Shown: positions 53,015 through 62,585 of the stretch, piece by piece | How positions within the stretch are numbered: the first letter of the stretch is position 1 | Layout of the letters: each line of letters opens with the position of its first letter | NCBI GenBank assembly: GCA_963745075.1 | Contig: CAVUWV010000015.1 | Coordinates: 190,088-254,087, forward strand | DNA from: Candidatus Hydrogenedentota bacterium | GTDB taxonomy: Bacteria > Hydrogenedentota > Hydrogenedentia > Hydrogenedentales > SLHB01 | Reading direction: 5' to 3' | DNA: 64,000 bases | The notes under the pieces: model-generated | The model's input: only the letters and a program-made list of their open reading frames with translations | Told to the model about the DNA's origin: nothing | Database searches by the model: none | Position numbers and translations under genes: made by a program

Positions 53015-53395
53015 ATGTGGGTCCTACCTGAAGGCGCGCGGTACGTAAACGAGAAGACCTACAACCTGCTTAGGGGTGGAAACTTCACGTCCGGCTCGTA
53101 CTATCGATTGGTGTTGTTGTCGACACACTTGTTCGCAGTGGTGGGCATGGCGGGGGAGGTCCGGTTTTGTCCGCAGGACTGGGCACAGCAACAATTTCAA
53201 CTGAGTCGAAAGAACGAGTTCCTGCCATTGGTGGAAGCGATTTACGAAGAAGAGTATGCGGGTTCGGGCGAAATGAATTTGCCGGAAGCGAACGTCGTCG
53301 CGATCCCGGACGCGCAGATCATCGACATCCCGGATGCGGAACTCGTGGACTACCCGGAAGTGACCGCCATCGAGCCCAGTGATCCGGCCGCGTAA
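53015..53395 (+). CDS. Hypothetical protein with an acidic, repetitive C-terminal tail
   Basis: GGAGGTG RBS before ATG 53015; 126 aa. Confidence 0.65.
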   Translation: MWVLPEGARYVNEKTYNLLRGGNFTSGSYYRLVLLSTHLFAVVGMAGEVRFCPQDWAQQQFQLSRKNEFLPLVEAIYEEEYAGSGEMNLPEANVVAIPDAQIIDIPDAELVDYPEVTAIEPSDPAA

Positions 53396-53489
53396 GCGTC
53401 GGAAGCAGCCACGCTATCCTTTTCGCGTTACGTCTATGTAGACGCCTACAGTCGGTCCGCTGAACCAGACCCTTCCCGTCAGAATATAA

Positions 53490-53519
53490 GCACCCCTTCC
53501 CGTAGGCGGGAAGGGGTGC
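53490..53519. terminator. Hairpin between convergent genes (putative terminator)
   Basis: GCACCCCTTCCCG-TAGG-CGGGAAGGGGTGC, a perfect 13 bp stem. Confidence 0.6.
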
Positions 53520-53560
53520 AGCGTTCTTGGTCGAATATCGAGCTGTTTTCTCGGCGTTGC

Positions 53561-53950
53561 CTACTCGATGCTTTCCACGTAGATGGCTTGCAGGCCACCC
53601 TTCTTCATGAGTTTGCCCGTCACGGTAACGGTGTCAGCCATCTTATCCAAGGCGACCGCACTGCCCGGTTGATGCTTTTCGCTGCCCATCAGAATGTAGA
53701 GGTCGCCGTCGGCAGTTGCGAGCCCGATAGGGTTGCCGGCCTTGGCGCAGGCAATGGCGCACGTCTTGTGATCGGCGCCGTGGGCTCCATGGTCGATGTA
53801 GCACCACAGATCGACGACTTCGCCTTTTACCGTGATGGTTTTGGCCATGTCCTCGTCTTTAGGGGCGCCAAGAGCGGGTTGGGCCCCCAGGACGAGCGCC
53901 AGGGCTCCGATGGCGACAACCGTTCCGCACGCGTAAGCGATTCGTTTCAT
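53561..53950 (-). CDS. Secreted hypothetical protein (GEVVDLWCY...H..CAIACA motif)
   Basis: Signal peptide, AAAGGA RBS, conserved-looking Cys/His motif. Confidence 0.8.
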   Translation of the reverse strand: MKRIAYACGTVVAIGALALVLGAQPALGAPKDEDMAKTITVKGEVVDLWCYIDHGAHGADHKTCAIACAKAGNPIGLATADGDLYILMGSEKHQPGSAVALDKMADTVTVTGKLMKKGGLQAIYVESIE

Positions 53951-54319
53951 GGTCAGGTCCTTTCCTTGGTCTGGCCGGCAAATCCGGCCTCATTGATGTC
54001 CTTCTCGCGATGCGTAACAGAGGAAGGTCCCGTGTCGCGGGTACCAATGTCCGCTTCGCATCCCATTACCTACAAGAAACAGTGTGCGTTTTCTCTACAT
54101 TCCTTTATTCCCGGGACCAGCTTCCGTAGTGAAGAGTTCATGAAGTTCTCTGTTGACAAACGCGCGAGGACTATGTGGAAGACCAAGTAAGGTCAGGAAG
54201 TCTTCGGGTTCGGACAGCCGGCTTGGGCATTTTGCACTTGTGAACGGACGGATCGTGACACCATACTTGTCTGCAAGGCGAGATTACGTCGACTGGCAGT
54301 TCTAACGCAGGGGGAGTCA

Positions 54320-55585
54320 ATGATGATGATGTTTCTGACGGTCACCGTCTGCTCAGTTGCAGCTGTACCGCAGCAAGCCGCAGACTTGGTCACGGCAGCG
54401 CCGGGATGGCGGGTGACGGTCGTAGCCGAAGTGGACCAGAGCTACGCGGGATGGGATGTCGAAATCGGTGACGCGGACAACGATGGGAAGAACGACATCC
54501 TGACCACCGGCTGTCCGGACAGCCGCCTGTATCTTTTCAAGAAGGGCGACGTGGGTTGGGAAACGCGATTGCTCGCGGAGAATCTCGCTGAACATAAACC
54601 GGGGATGGGCCTTGCCGTTCGCGTAGCGGACCTGAACAAGGACGGCGCGAACGAGGTGCTGCTCGGTACCGGGCAGGAGGGAGCGGGTACCGCGTTCTTC
54701 TACGTGTTTCATACTGACGGCGAGAAGGCGGTACCGTATGCCGTCTCGCGTCCGGACTGCAACCCGAGCGGCTATACCCATGACTTGGCCATCTATGACC
54801 TCGATCACGACGGCGTTGACGAAGTGATTTCGGCGTATTGCGGGGGCGGGGAGATCGTCCGCTACGATCTCGATCCTACGTTGACCGCGATTGACGCGAG
54901 GCTCCTGTACACCTTATCGGGCTCGGGGGAAGAGTCGCTTATCGCCGATGTGGACAATGATGGTGCGGTCGAATTCATCACGTCCAACAGCTTTCGTGCG
55001 GGACAGGCCCGCGTCGAAGTTTTTGAATTCGATGAGGACGGAGAGCTGGAGACGCCGCCGCGACTCACCGTGGATGGTTTCGATGGCGCTCCCTGTTTCT
55101 ATGCCTCGATCGTAATCGGCGATGTCGACAATGATGGCGTCAATGAAATGGTAGTGGGGTGGAAACGGGACCAGCGGATCAATAAGACGACGATGCTTGC
55201 GTACCGCGTGGATGACAAGGCCAAACCGGTGTACACGTTTGAACGGGAAACCGAAGATCTCGACATGGGCTACTTCGAGAAGATGATGGCAGTTGCGGAT
55301 GCGGACAACGACGGCCGGAACGAACTCGTGGTGTCTACCCGGGGCGACAATCTTTCGGAAGACATTGCCAGCCTTCACCTCGGCCACGTGTATCGGTACA
55401 CCGTCAACGCGATTGGAACCGTGGATCGCGAACTCTTGGCTGACTTGAATGAGGAATACGCGGAATCTTCATGGCTGGCCGTGGGGGACGCCGACAACGA
55501 CGGCAAGAACGAAGTGGTCCTCGCCACGGGCAAAGGCGACCGCACCCAGGCCGGGACCTCGTACGTGCTGTTGCTGGAGAAGTAG
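54320..55585 (+). CDS. FG-GAP/VCBS repeat beta-propeller protein, secreted
   Basis: Seven D[AVL][DN]xDGxxE/D-type repeats (GDADNDGKNDI, ADLNKDGANEV, YDLDHDGVDEV and others). Confidence 0.9.
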   Translation: MMMMFLTVTVCSVAAVPQQAADLVTAAPGWRVTVVAEVDQSYAGWDVEIGDADNDGKNDILTTGCPDSRLYLFKKGDVGWETRLLAENLAEHKPGMGLAVRVADLNKDGANEVLLGTGQEGAGTAFFYVFHTDGEKAVPYAVSRPDCNPSGYTHDLAIYDLDHDGVDEVISAYCGGGEIVRYDLDPTLTAIDARLLYTLSGSGEESLIADVDNDGAVEFITSNSFRAGQARVEVFEFDEDGELETPPRLTVDGFDGAPCFYASIVIGDVDNDGVNEMVVGWKRDQRINKTTMLAYRVDDKAKPVYTFERETEDLDMGYFEKMMAVADADNDGRNELVVSTRGDNLSEDIASLHLGHVYRYTVNAIGTVDRELLADLNEEYAESSWLAVGDADNDGKNEVVLATGKGDRTQAGTSYVLLLEK

Positions 55586-55658
55586 TTGCCGAGATCCTTC
55601 TAACGGACGGTATGCGCATGTTTCCGTGCCGATGTCTGGGCTACCTTATTACGCGGCA

Positions 55659-55687
55659 TTGACACCATCCAGTGCCGGGACCATACT
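55659..55687 (+). promoter_or_regulatory. Sigma70-type promoter
   Basis: TTGACA, 17 bp spacer, CATACT, about 100 bp upstream of ATG 55790. Confidence 0.5.
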
Positions 55688-55789
55688 TTAGAGCGTCGAC
55701 GACGTCGACGGGGCGTTGTCACACGGTCCCGGACGATGGGCTATCGCTCATCGTCACGGGCATTGGGGGCACAACTCTGGGGGTGCGGT

Positions 55790-56299
55790 ATGTCCAGAAT
55801 TCGCTTGGCAACATCAATTGTCCTTCCGTTCTTCGTCCTACTCATCGCGGGATGCCCAAAAACCGAGTACTGGAGCTATGATGTCGTTCCGATTCCAGAC
55901 AATGATTTGAACAATTGGGCAGTCTCGGCCATCGAGGTTCCGCGGAACCTCACGATCTCCGATGTGAACGTGACCGTCAACGTGACCCACCCGGATCTGG
56001 GCGATTGCGACGCCTGGGTCGAGTCCGCGGAAGGAGAGGTGTTGCCGCTGATCTTCATCGTTACGGGAGCCAATCTGGTGAACACCACGTTCAATGATGA
56101 GGCGGCCGCGACGGTCGACACCGGTACTGCGCCCTACACGGGGCAATGGAAGGTCGACTCATTCTACACGAACGCGGGGATGTTCTTAGCGGACGGGGAG
56201 AATGCTAAAGGGATTTGGACGCTGAACGTACGCGACCAACAGGCAGGCGACGTGGGCGAAATCACGAGTTGGGGGTTGATTTTCAACACGAGTGATTAG
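55790..56299 (+). CDS. Lipoprotein with a stand-alone proprotein convertase P-domain
   Basis: Lipobox LIAGC; PIPDN, ISDVNVTVNVTHP..GD, GENAKGIWTLNVRDQ..GDVGEITSWGL. Confidence 0.85.
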   Translation: MSRIRLATSIVLPFFVLLIAGCPKTEYWSYDVVPIPDNDLNNWAVSAIEVPRNLTISDVNVTVNVTHPDLGDCDAWVESAEGEVLPLIFIVTGANLVNTTFNDEAAATVDTGTAPYTGQWKVDSFYTNAGMFLADGENAKGIWTLNVRDQQAGDVGEITSWGLIFNTSD

Positions 56300-56884
56300 T
56301 CATCCCTTGCGCGCCGCGATCCCCGGCTCTCCGCCGCGACCCGGGGATTCGCGGGCTCGCGTATTTTGCCGCTCGAATACGGATTCCGGCTATTCGTTTT
56401 CGCGGGCCTTGAGCATCGCGTCGGCGTACCGGTAGGCGGACGTGGCGACCCACTCGTCCGCTTCGGCGAGCTTGGGTGTGGTGTGCGCTAAAAGACCGGT
56501 AAGCGCCGCCGCAGCGAAATAGTCCCGAAGTTCGATGTTTGCCATGAGTCACGCTCCTTGTCTCGTCGTACGCGTTCGTTTATGCCCGGATTCAGCCTAC
56601 CGCGCCGTATCGCTGCGCACAAGTCCGCAGATTCGCCGCCCGGTAGGTCCGAAGGGTTCTTCGTCTTGCGTTCGTCAGCGTACAAATAATACACAGTGGG
56701 AATTCCGGGCGAGCATTGCTTACTACCCGCCAATGAGAGTTGTTCTCGCGTTACGCCGCGCGGCATAAATCGTGCCCGGTATTCGTTGCACTTATACTCA
56801 CGCGTTCAAGGACTTGGACTCGGCCACTCGCCGCTTTCGAGCGGTAAAATCTCCAAAACACACGAAAGGCACGGTGCTCGCGAT

Positions 56885-58831
56885 ATGGAAATTGCTGCCG
56901 CATCGGAGACGGGCGGAGGCGCGCGGTTCGATGTCTCCCGAATCAGCGCGGACGACCTTTATTTGCTCAACGAGGGGAGTCATTTCCGCCTCTACGACAA
57001 ATTGGGCGCCCATCATATGACCGCAGAAGACGGCGCCGAAGGCGTGTACTTTGCGGTCTTCGCGCCAAACGCGGACCGCGTTTCGGTCATTGGCGACTTT
57101 AACGAGTGGAAGGAGGGGGCCCATTCCCTTTGCAAACGGGCTGAATCCGGGGTATGGGAGGGATTCATAGCCGGGGCGATTGCGGGCCAACGGTACAAGT
57201 TCCTAGTTGAGAACGATCGGGCGGGATCGTCGGTGCGAAAGGCCGATCCCTATGGGTTTCTCCATGAAACGTTTCCCGGAACCGCGTCGGTTATTTGGTC
57301 GTTGGACTACGCGTGGGGCGACGGCGAATGGATGCGGTCGCGGCAAGGTCACGGGGCCTACGACGCGCCGGCCGCCATTTACGAAGTTCATCTTGGATCG
57401 TGGATGCGTGCAGAAGACGAGAGCAAGCGATGGCTGACGTACCGGGAGATCGCGCCGAAACTCGCCGCGTACGTGAAGGAAATGGAGTTTACGCACGTGG
57501 AACTCCTGCCCGTTATGGAACACCCGTTTTACGGGTCCTGGGGCTACCAGTGCGCGGGATATTTTGCGCCCACGAGCCGGTATGGGTCGCCACAGGATTT
57601 CATGTTTCTGATGGACACGTTGCACCAACACGGCATCGGCGTGATCCTGGACTGGGTGCCGGGGCATTTCCCGAACGACGAGCATGGACTTGGACTGTTC
57701 GACGGGACCCATCTGTACGAACACCCCGATCCGCGCCGGGGCGTGCACCCGGAATGGGGAAGTTACATCTTCGATTTCGCGCGGGAGGAGGCGCAAAGCT
57801 TTCTGTTCAGCAGCGCCTTTTTCTGGGCGGACAAATACCATGTAGACGGACTGCGCGTCGATGCGGTCACTTCTATGCTGTACCTCGACTACGCGCGCAA
57901 GGATGGGGAGTGGGTCCCAAATGAATACGGTGGAAACGAGAACATCGAGGCCGTCGAGTTTCTGAAACGGTTCAACCGGGAGATGGCCGATCGGTATCCC
58001 GACGTGCAGACGTACGCCGAAGAGGCGACCTCGTGGCCCATGGTGTCGCGACCCACGCACCTGGGCGGTCTCGGGTTCGGGTACAAATGGGACATGGGGT
58101 GGATGAACGACACGCTCGTCTACTTCAATCAGGACCCCATCTACCGGAAGTTCCATCACGACAAATTGACCTTTCGGCCAATTTACGCGTTCACGGAGAA
58201 TTTTGTGCTTCCCCTGTCTCACGACGAAGTCGTGCACGGCAAAGGTTCGCTCTTGAACAAGATGCCGGGCACCACCGAGCAGAAGTTTGCGAATTTGCGC
58301 CTGCTGCTGGGAAGCCAATACATGCAGTCCGGCAAGAAACTGCTGTTTATGGGGGGAGAATTCGGCGTGTGGAACGAGTGGGACCACGACAGTGCATTGG
58401 CGTGGGACCTTGCGTCCAAGCCGTTTCACGCCGGCCTGCGGCGTTGGGTCCAGGATCTCAACCGATTCTACCGATCCGAGCCGGCCCTGTACGAACGAGA
58501 CAATCGCGCCGACGGTTTCGAGTGGATCGATTGCCTGGACAACGCGAACAGCGTGGTGAGCTTTCTCCGAAAGGGTCAGAACCCCGGCGAGTTCATCCTG
58601 GTTGTGTTGAACCACACGCCGGTGATGCGCGAGCGGTATTGGGTCGGCGTTCCGCGTTCGGGGTATTGGCACGAGGCGCTGAACAGCGATGCGGAAACTT
58701 ACGGGGGAAGCGGGTGCGGCAATTGGGGCGGTTGCGAAGCCCGGTCGGTACCGGACCACCACCATAACTTCTCGCTGGAACTTACGCTCCCCCCCCTGGG
58801 TTGTCTGGTGCTGAAGATCCCGTCGGCATAA
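56885..58831 (+). CDS. glgB: 1,4-alpha-glucan branching enzyme
   Basis: YDKLGAH, IYEVHLGSW, SWGYQ, LDWVPGHF, GLRVDAVTSMLY, AEEAT, LSHDEVVHGK. Confidence 0.96.
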   Translation: MEIAAASETGGGARFDVSRISADDLYLLNEGSHFRLYDKLGAHHMTAEDGAEGVYFAVFAPNADRVSVIGDFNEWKEGAHSLCKRAESGVWEGFIAGAIAGQRYKFLVENDRAGSSVRKADPYGFLHETFPGTASVIWSLDYAWGDGEWMRSRQGHGAYDAPAAIYEVHLGSWMRAEDESKRWLTYREIAPKLAAYVKEMEFTHVELLPVMEHPFYGSWGYQCAGYFAPTSRYGSPQDFMFLMDTLHQHGIGVILDWVPGHFPNDEHGLGLFDGTHLYEHPDPRRGVHPEWGSYIFDFAREEAQSFLFSSAFFWADKYHVDGLRVDAVTSMLYLDYARKDGEWVPNEYGGNENIEAVEFLKRFNREMADRYPDVQTYAEEATSWPMVSRPTHLGGLGFGYKWDMGWMNDTLVYFNQDPIYRKFHHDKLTFRPIYAFTENFVLPLSHDEVVHGKGSLLNKMPGTTEQKFANLRLLLGSQYMQSGKKLLFMGGEFGVWNEWDHDSALAWDLASKPFHAGLRRWVQDLNRFYRSEPALYERDNRADGFEWIDCLDNANSVVSFLRKGQNPGEFILVVLNHTPVMRERYWVGVPRSGYWHEALNSDAETYGGSGCGNWGGCEARSVPDHHHNFSLELTLPPLGCLVLKIPSA

Positions 58832-58929
58832 GTCTGTGGTCCAATCGGTTACGTTATATAGCGGCGTGCGGTGGCGATTCGATTGCTCTGCCATTAGAAT
58901 CGGGAACATGGACGACATTGGAGGTTGAT

Positions 58930-60895
58930 ATGGACGAGGTCGCGGTCCGGGATCGCGAGACCCTCAAGCGGAGAAGTTCCGTCACCCTAAGCCGCTTGTT
59001 GCCACGGCTTGAGGCGCGATTTGCATCTCAGGTGGAGGAAGACGAGTGGCTTGGATTCGTCGAACGGTTAAAGAAGAATTTTGAGCGATTGTTCGGAGCG
59101 CTGCATACGTTGTACGGCGCCGAATACGACTTCTTCTTTCACATGGAGAACATCCTGACGTCGGCCACGCAGATGTGGATCGACCGGCCGGGTGAACTCA
59201 AAGCCCTCGACGCGCTGCGCGAGACCGACCCCTATTGGTACCAGTCACACCGGATGGTGGGGGCCATGTGTTACGTGGATCTCTTCGCAGGAGACCTTCA
59301 AGGGCTCGCCGAGAAGATACCGTATCTCTCCGAACTGGGGATCACCTATCTCCATCTCATGCCGTTGTTCAAGTCGCCGGAGGGGGACGATGACGGCGGG
59401 TATGCCGTGAACAGCTACCGGGACATCGATCCGAAACTGGGCACGATGGAGGATCTCGAACAACTGGCAACCGAGTTGCGGCACCGCGGGATTTCTTTGG
59501 TCGTCGATTTTGTGTTCAACCACACGTCGGACGAGCACGAGTGGGCCTTGCGTGCGCTCGAGGGCGACACCGAATATCAGGAATACTACCGAATGTTTCC
59601 CGATCGTCGGTTGCCCGACGCTTACGAGAAGAGCATCGCCGCGGTGTTTCCCGGACGAATTGCCCGGGTGCTTTACCTACCGCAACGCCATTCGGAAGTG
59701 GGTGTGGACGTCGTTCTACAACTTCCAGTGGGACCTGAATTATGCGAACCCCGTCGTTTTCAATCGCATGCTCGAAGAGATGCTGTTCCTGGCGAATCGC
59801 GGCGTGGAAGTGCTGCGGCTCGACGCGATCGCGTTCGTTTGGAAAGAACTCGGCACGGGATGTCAGAATCTACCCCAGGCCCACGTGATCGTCCAGGCGT
59901 TCAACGCCCTGACGACCATCGTGGCCCCGGCGATGGTGTTTAAGTCGGAAGCCATCGTGCATCCCGATGAAGTGCGCAAGTACATCGACGAGGGTGAATG
60001 CGAACTGTCCTATAATCCGCAGTTGATGGCCTTGCTCTGGGAGGCATTGGCAACGCGCGACGTGCGGGTGCTTCGCCATGCCATGAGCCATCGCTTTGCA
60101 ATCCCGGACGGTTGTTCCTGGGTCAATTATGTGCGCTGTCACGACGATATCGGGTGGGGGTTCGCCGATGATGACGTGGAGCCGGTCGGTTTCGACCCGG
60201 TCGAGCACCGGCGGTTCCTGACCCGATATTACACTGGCACCTACCCCGGTTCGTTCGCCCGGGGTGCGCCTTTTCAAGAGGATCCAAAGACGGGTGACGC
60301 CCGTGTATCCGGCACCTGCGCGTCGTTGGCGGGTCTGGAACAGGCCCTCGAAGCGAAGGATGAGACCCTGATCGACCTGGCCATTCGGCGCATTCTCCTC
60401 CTGCACGGGGTCATTATGACCATCGGCGGGATTCCGCTCCTGTACCTTGGCGACGAATTGGGAACGCTCAACGACTACGACTACGAGCGGTCGGTGGATA
60501 AGATCGGGGACAGCCGCTGGCTTCACCGATCGCAGTTCGACTGGGATGCCGCCGAAAAGCGACGCAACCCGGAGAGCGTTCAGGGGCAGATCTATAGTGG
60601 CATCGCGCGCCTGATTCGATTGCGGGAACAGAACCTGTCCTTCACGCGAGCCGAGACCGAGTTCGTCGAAACGGGAAACGACCGTATCTTCGCCTATTTT
60701 CGAACGCACGAGAACCACAGTGCGCTCGTACTGGCCAATTTCAGCGAGCAACCGCAGGAGATGGACGCCTGGCGGCTGCGGCAGTTGGGAATGCGGAAGG
60801 CTATGGTCGATTTGATCTCCGGCCGGACCATTATTGCCGCCAAGGAACTTGTGCTCGAACCCTATCAGCTCATCGTGCTCGCGCGGACGGTGTAG
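58930..60895 (+). CDS. Amylosucrase-like GH13 enzyme (frameshift near 59652)
   Basis: YVDLFAGDL, YLHLMP, DGGYAV, DFVFNHTS, FQWDLNY, LRLDAIAF, FKSEAIV, YVRCHDDIGW, RVSGTCASL, DSRWLHR. Confidence 0.88.
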
Positions 60896-61115
60896 CCCAT
60901 ATCCCATCGGGGCCAAGACAACAATGCGCATGGGCTGCGGAGGTTGTGTTCGGTGTTTGAACGTCGCGACGGAATCCTCGCGTGTTCCAATCGCTGTGTC
61001 GAAGGGATGTCGTTTCGTGTGGTACCATAGGGTTCCATCATATTGATGCTGATTCCAGCATTTTTCGAATAATCGTTTTGCGAGTTGTAGTTTCCGCGTT
61101 CCACGTGCCCGTGGA

Positions 61116-62510
61116 ATGTGTGTTCATCCAGGAGTAGTTGTATTGAATTCGACATTGGTTTCAACCGCTGACGATCGACCGGATGTGCGCTCGCGTTGGG
61201 TCGATATTCCTTTTGCGCCGAGCCGTGTACCGGTCTTTTACGGCTGGATCATGGTTCTGGGGAGCGTCATGGCGGTTATGGCGAGCGTCCCGGGGCAGAC
61301 TGTCGGCGTGGGGGTGTTTACCGACCACCTGATCAATGCGTGGGGCGTGTCGCGCGTGCAGTTGAGCACCGCATACCTCTTTGGCACCGTGATCAGCGGG
61401 TTCCTGCTGCCCACGGCGGGGCGGATTATGGATCGAATCGGGACTCGTTCCATGATCGTCGTTGCGGCCGGCGGACTGGGGGTAAGCCTCATCATCGTGG
61501 CGGGTGCGGATCGTGTCGTTGCGATCGCCGGTGTGCAATCGGTCCTCGTCGCGATGGTTGCCACCACGTTTTGTTTTCTGTGCCTGCGGTTTTTCGGCCA
61601 GGGATGTCTCGCGATCGTGTCTCGCGTCGTTATCGGAAAGTGGTTCAGCCGCCGCCGCGGCATGGCCACGGCCGTCACCGGCGTATTGACTTCCTTCGGG
61701 TTCAATGGTTCCCCGGTAATCCTCAACAGCTTGATTGTATCGGCCGGTTGGCGGGGCGCATGCGGATACCTCGCGGTGGGTATTGGCCTGGGCGTCAGCC
61801 TCGTCGGATGGTTGATCTTTCGCGACAGTCCGGAGGAGTGCGGTCTCGAAATGGATGGCGACACGCGCGAAGCCCGCGACGCCCACGCCGCCGCGAGCCA
61901 GGAGCGGGACTTTACCCGGCGGGAAGCCTTACGCACGTGGGCGTTCTGGGTTTTCAGTTTTGCCCTGGCGGCGCACGGACTCATCATCACCGCCATGACC
62001 TTTCACGTCGCCTCGATCGGCGCGGAGATGGGACTCTCCCGTCAAGACTCGTTCGAGTTGTTCTTTCCCATGTCATTCTTTGCGGTGACGACGACGCTAC
62101 TGGCCGGCGTGGTCGCCGACCGCATCAACCTGAAGTACCTGCTCTTCCTGTTCTTGATCGGGGAAGCGGTTGGCACGACGGGCCTGTTGAATCTAGGCGA
62201 TGCGTGGGGGCGCTGGATGATGTATTCGGGCTTCGGCACAACCGGCGGACTGTTTCTGCCGCTCATCACGGTTGCGTGGCCTCGTTTCTTTGGACGCGCC
62301 CACCTGGGCGCCATCAGCGGGCTGAACATGACGATCATGGTTTGGGCCAGCGCGCTGGGCCCCGTGCTCTTCAGCAAGGTCCAGGCCATGACAGGCGGCT
62401 ATCTGCCGATTATCGCGGCATTCTGGTTCGTTCCGGTCCTTCTGCTCGTTGCCGCCATCTTTGCCGAGAATCCCCAGGCGCAATATCGTAAGGTCCACCA
62501 ATTGTCATAG
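61116..62510 (+). CDS. MFS transporter
   Basis: About 12 hydrophobic segments; FYGW, GRIMDRIGTR, WFSRRRG, FFGRAHLGAI. Start may be about 61143. Confidence 0.9.
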   Translation: MCVHPGVVVLNSTLVSTADDRPDVRSRWVDIPFAPSRVPVFYGWIMVLGSVMAVMASVPGQTVGVGVFTDHLINAWGVSRVQLSTAYLFGTVISGFLLPTAGRIMDRIGTRSMIVVAAGGLGVSLIIVAGADRVVAIAGVQSVLVAMVATTFCFLCLRFFGQGCLAIVSRVVIGKWFSRRRGMATAVTGVLTSFGFNGSPVILNSLIVSAGWRGACGYLAVGIGLGVSLVGWLIFRDSPEECGLEMDGDTREARDAHAAASQERDFTRREALRTWAFWVFSFALAAHGLIITAMTFHVASIGAEMGLSRQDSFELFFPMSFFAVTTTLLAGVVADRINLKYLLFLFLIGEAVGTTGLLNLGDAWGRWMMYSGFGTTGGLFLPLITVAWPRFFGRAHLGAISGLNMTIMVWASALGPVLFSKVQAMTGGYLPIIAAFWFVPVLLLVAAIFAENPQAQYRKVHQLS

Positions 62511-62585
62511 CGGTGTTGCGGAGAAGGGGCGTTATCCTTTAGCGTGAGCGGACCGCTTCGGCAACCGGACGGAGGGAGGTGGACC

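Noticed and set aside
54175..54265. Possible c-di-GMP-II riboswitch (GGAA...TTGGGCA)
   Set aside because: Lacks the downstream AGTGCAACCG-type pseudoknot partner; would need an Infernal hit.
56300..56880. Short ORFs or an ncRNA in the long glgB upstream region
   Set aside because: Only a hairpin at about 56315-56353 is evident; no recognisable RNA family or credible ORF.
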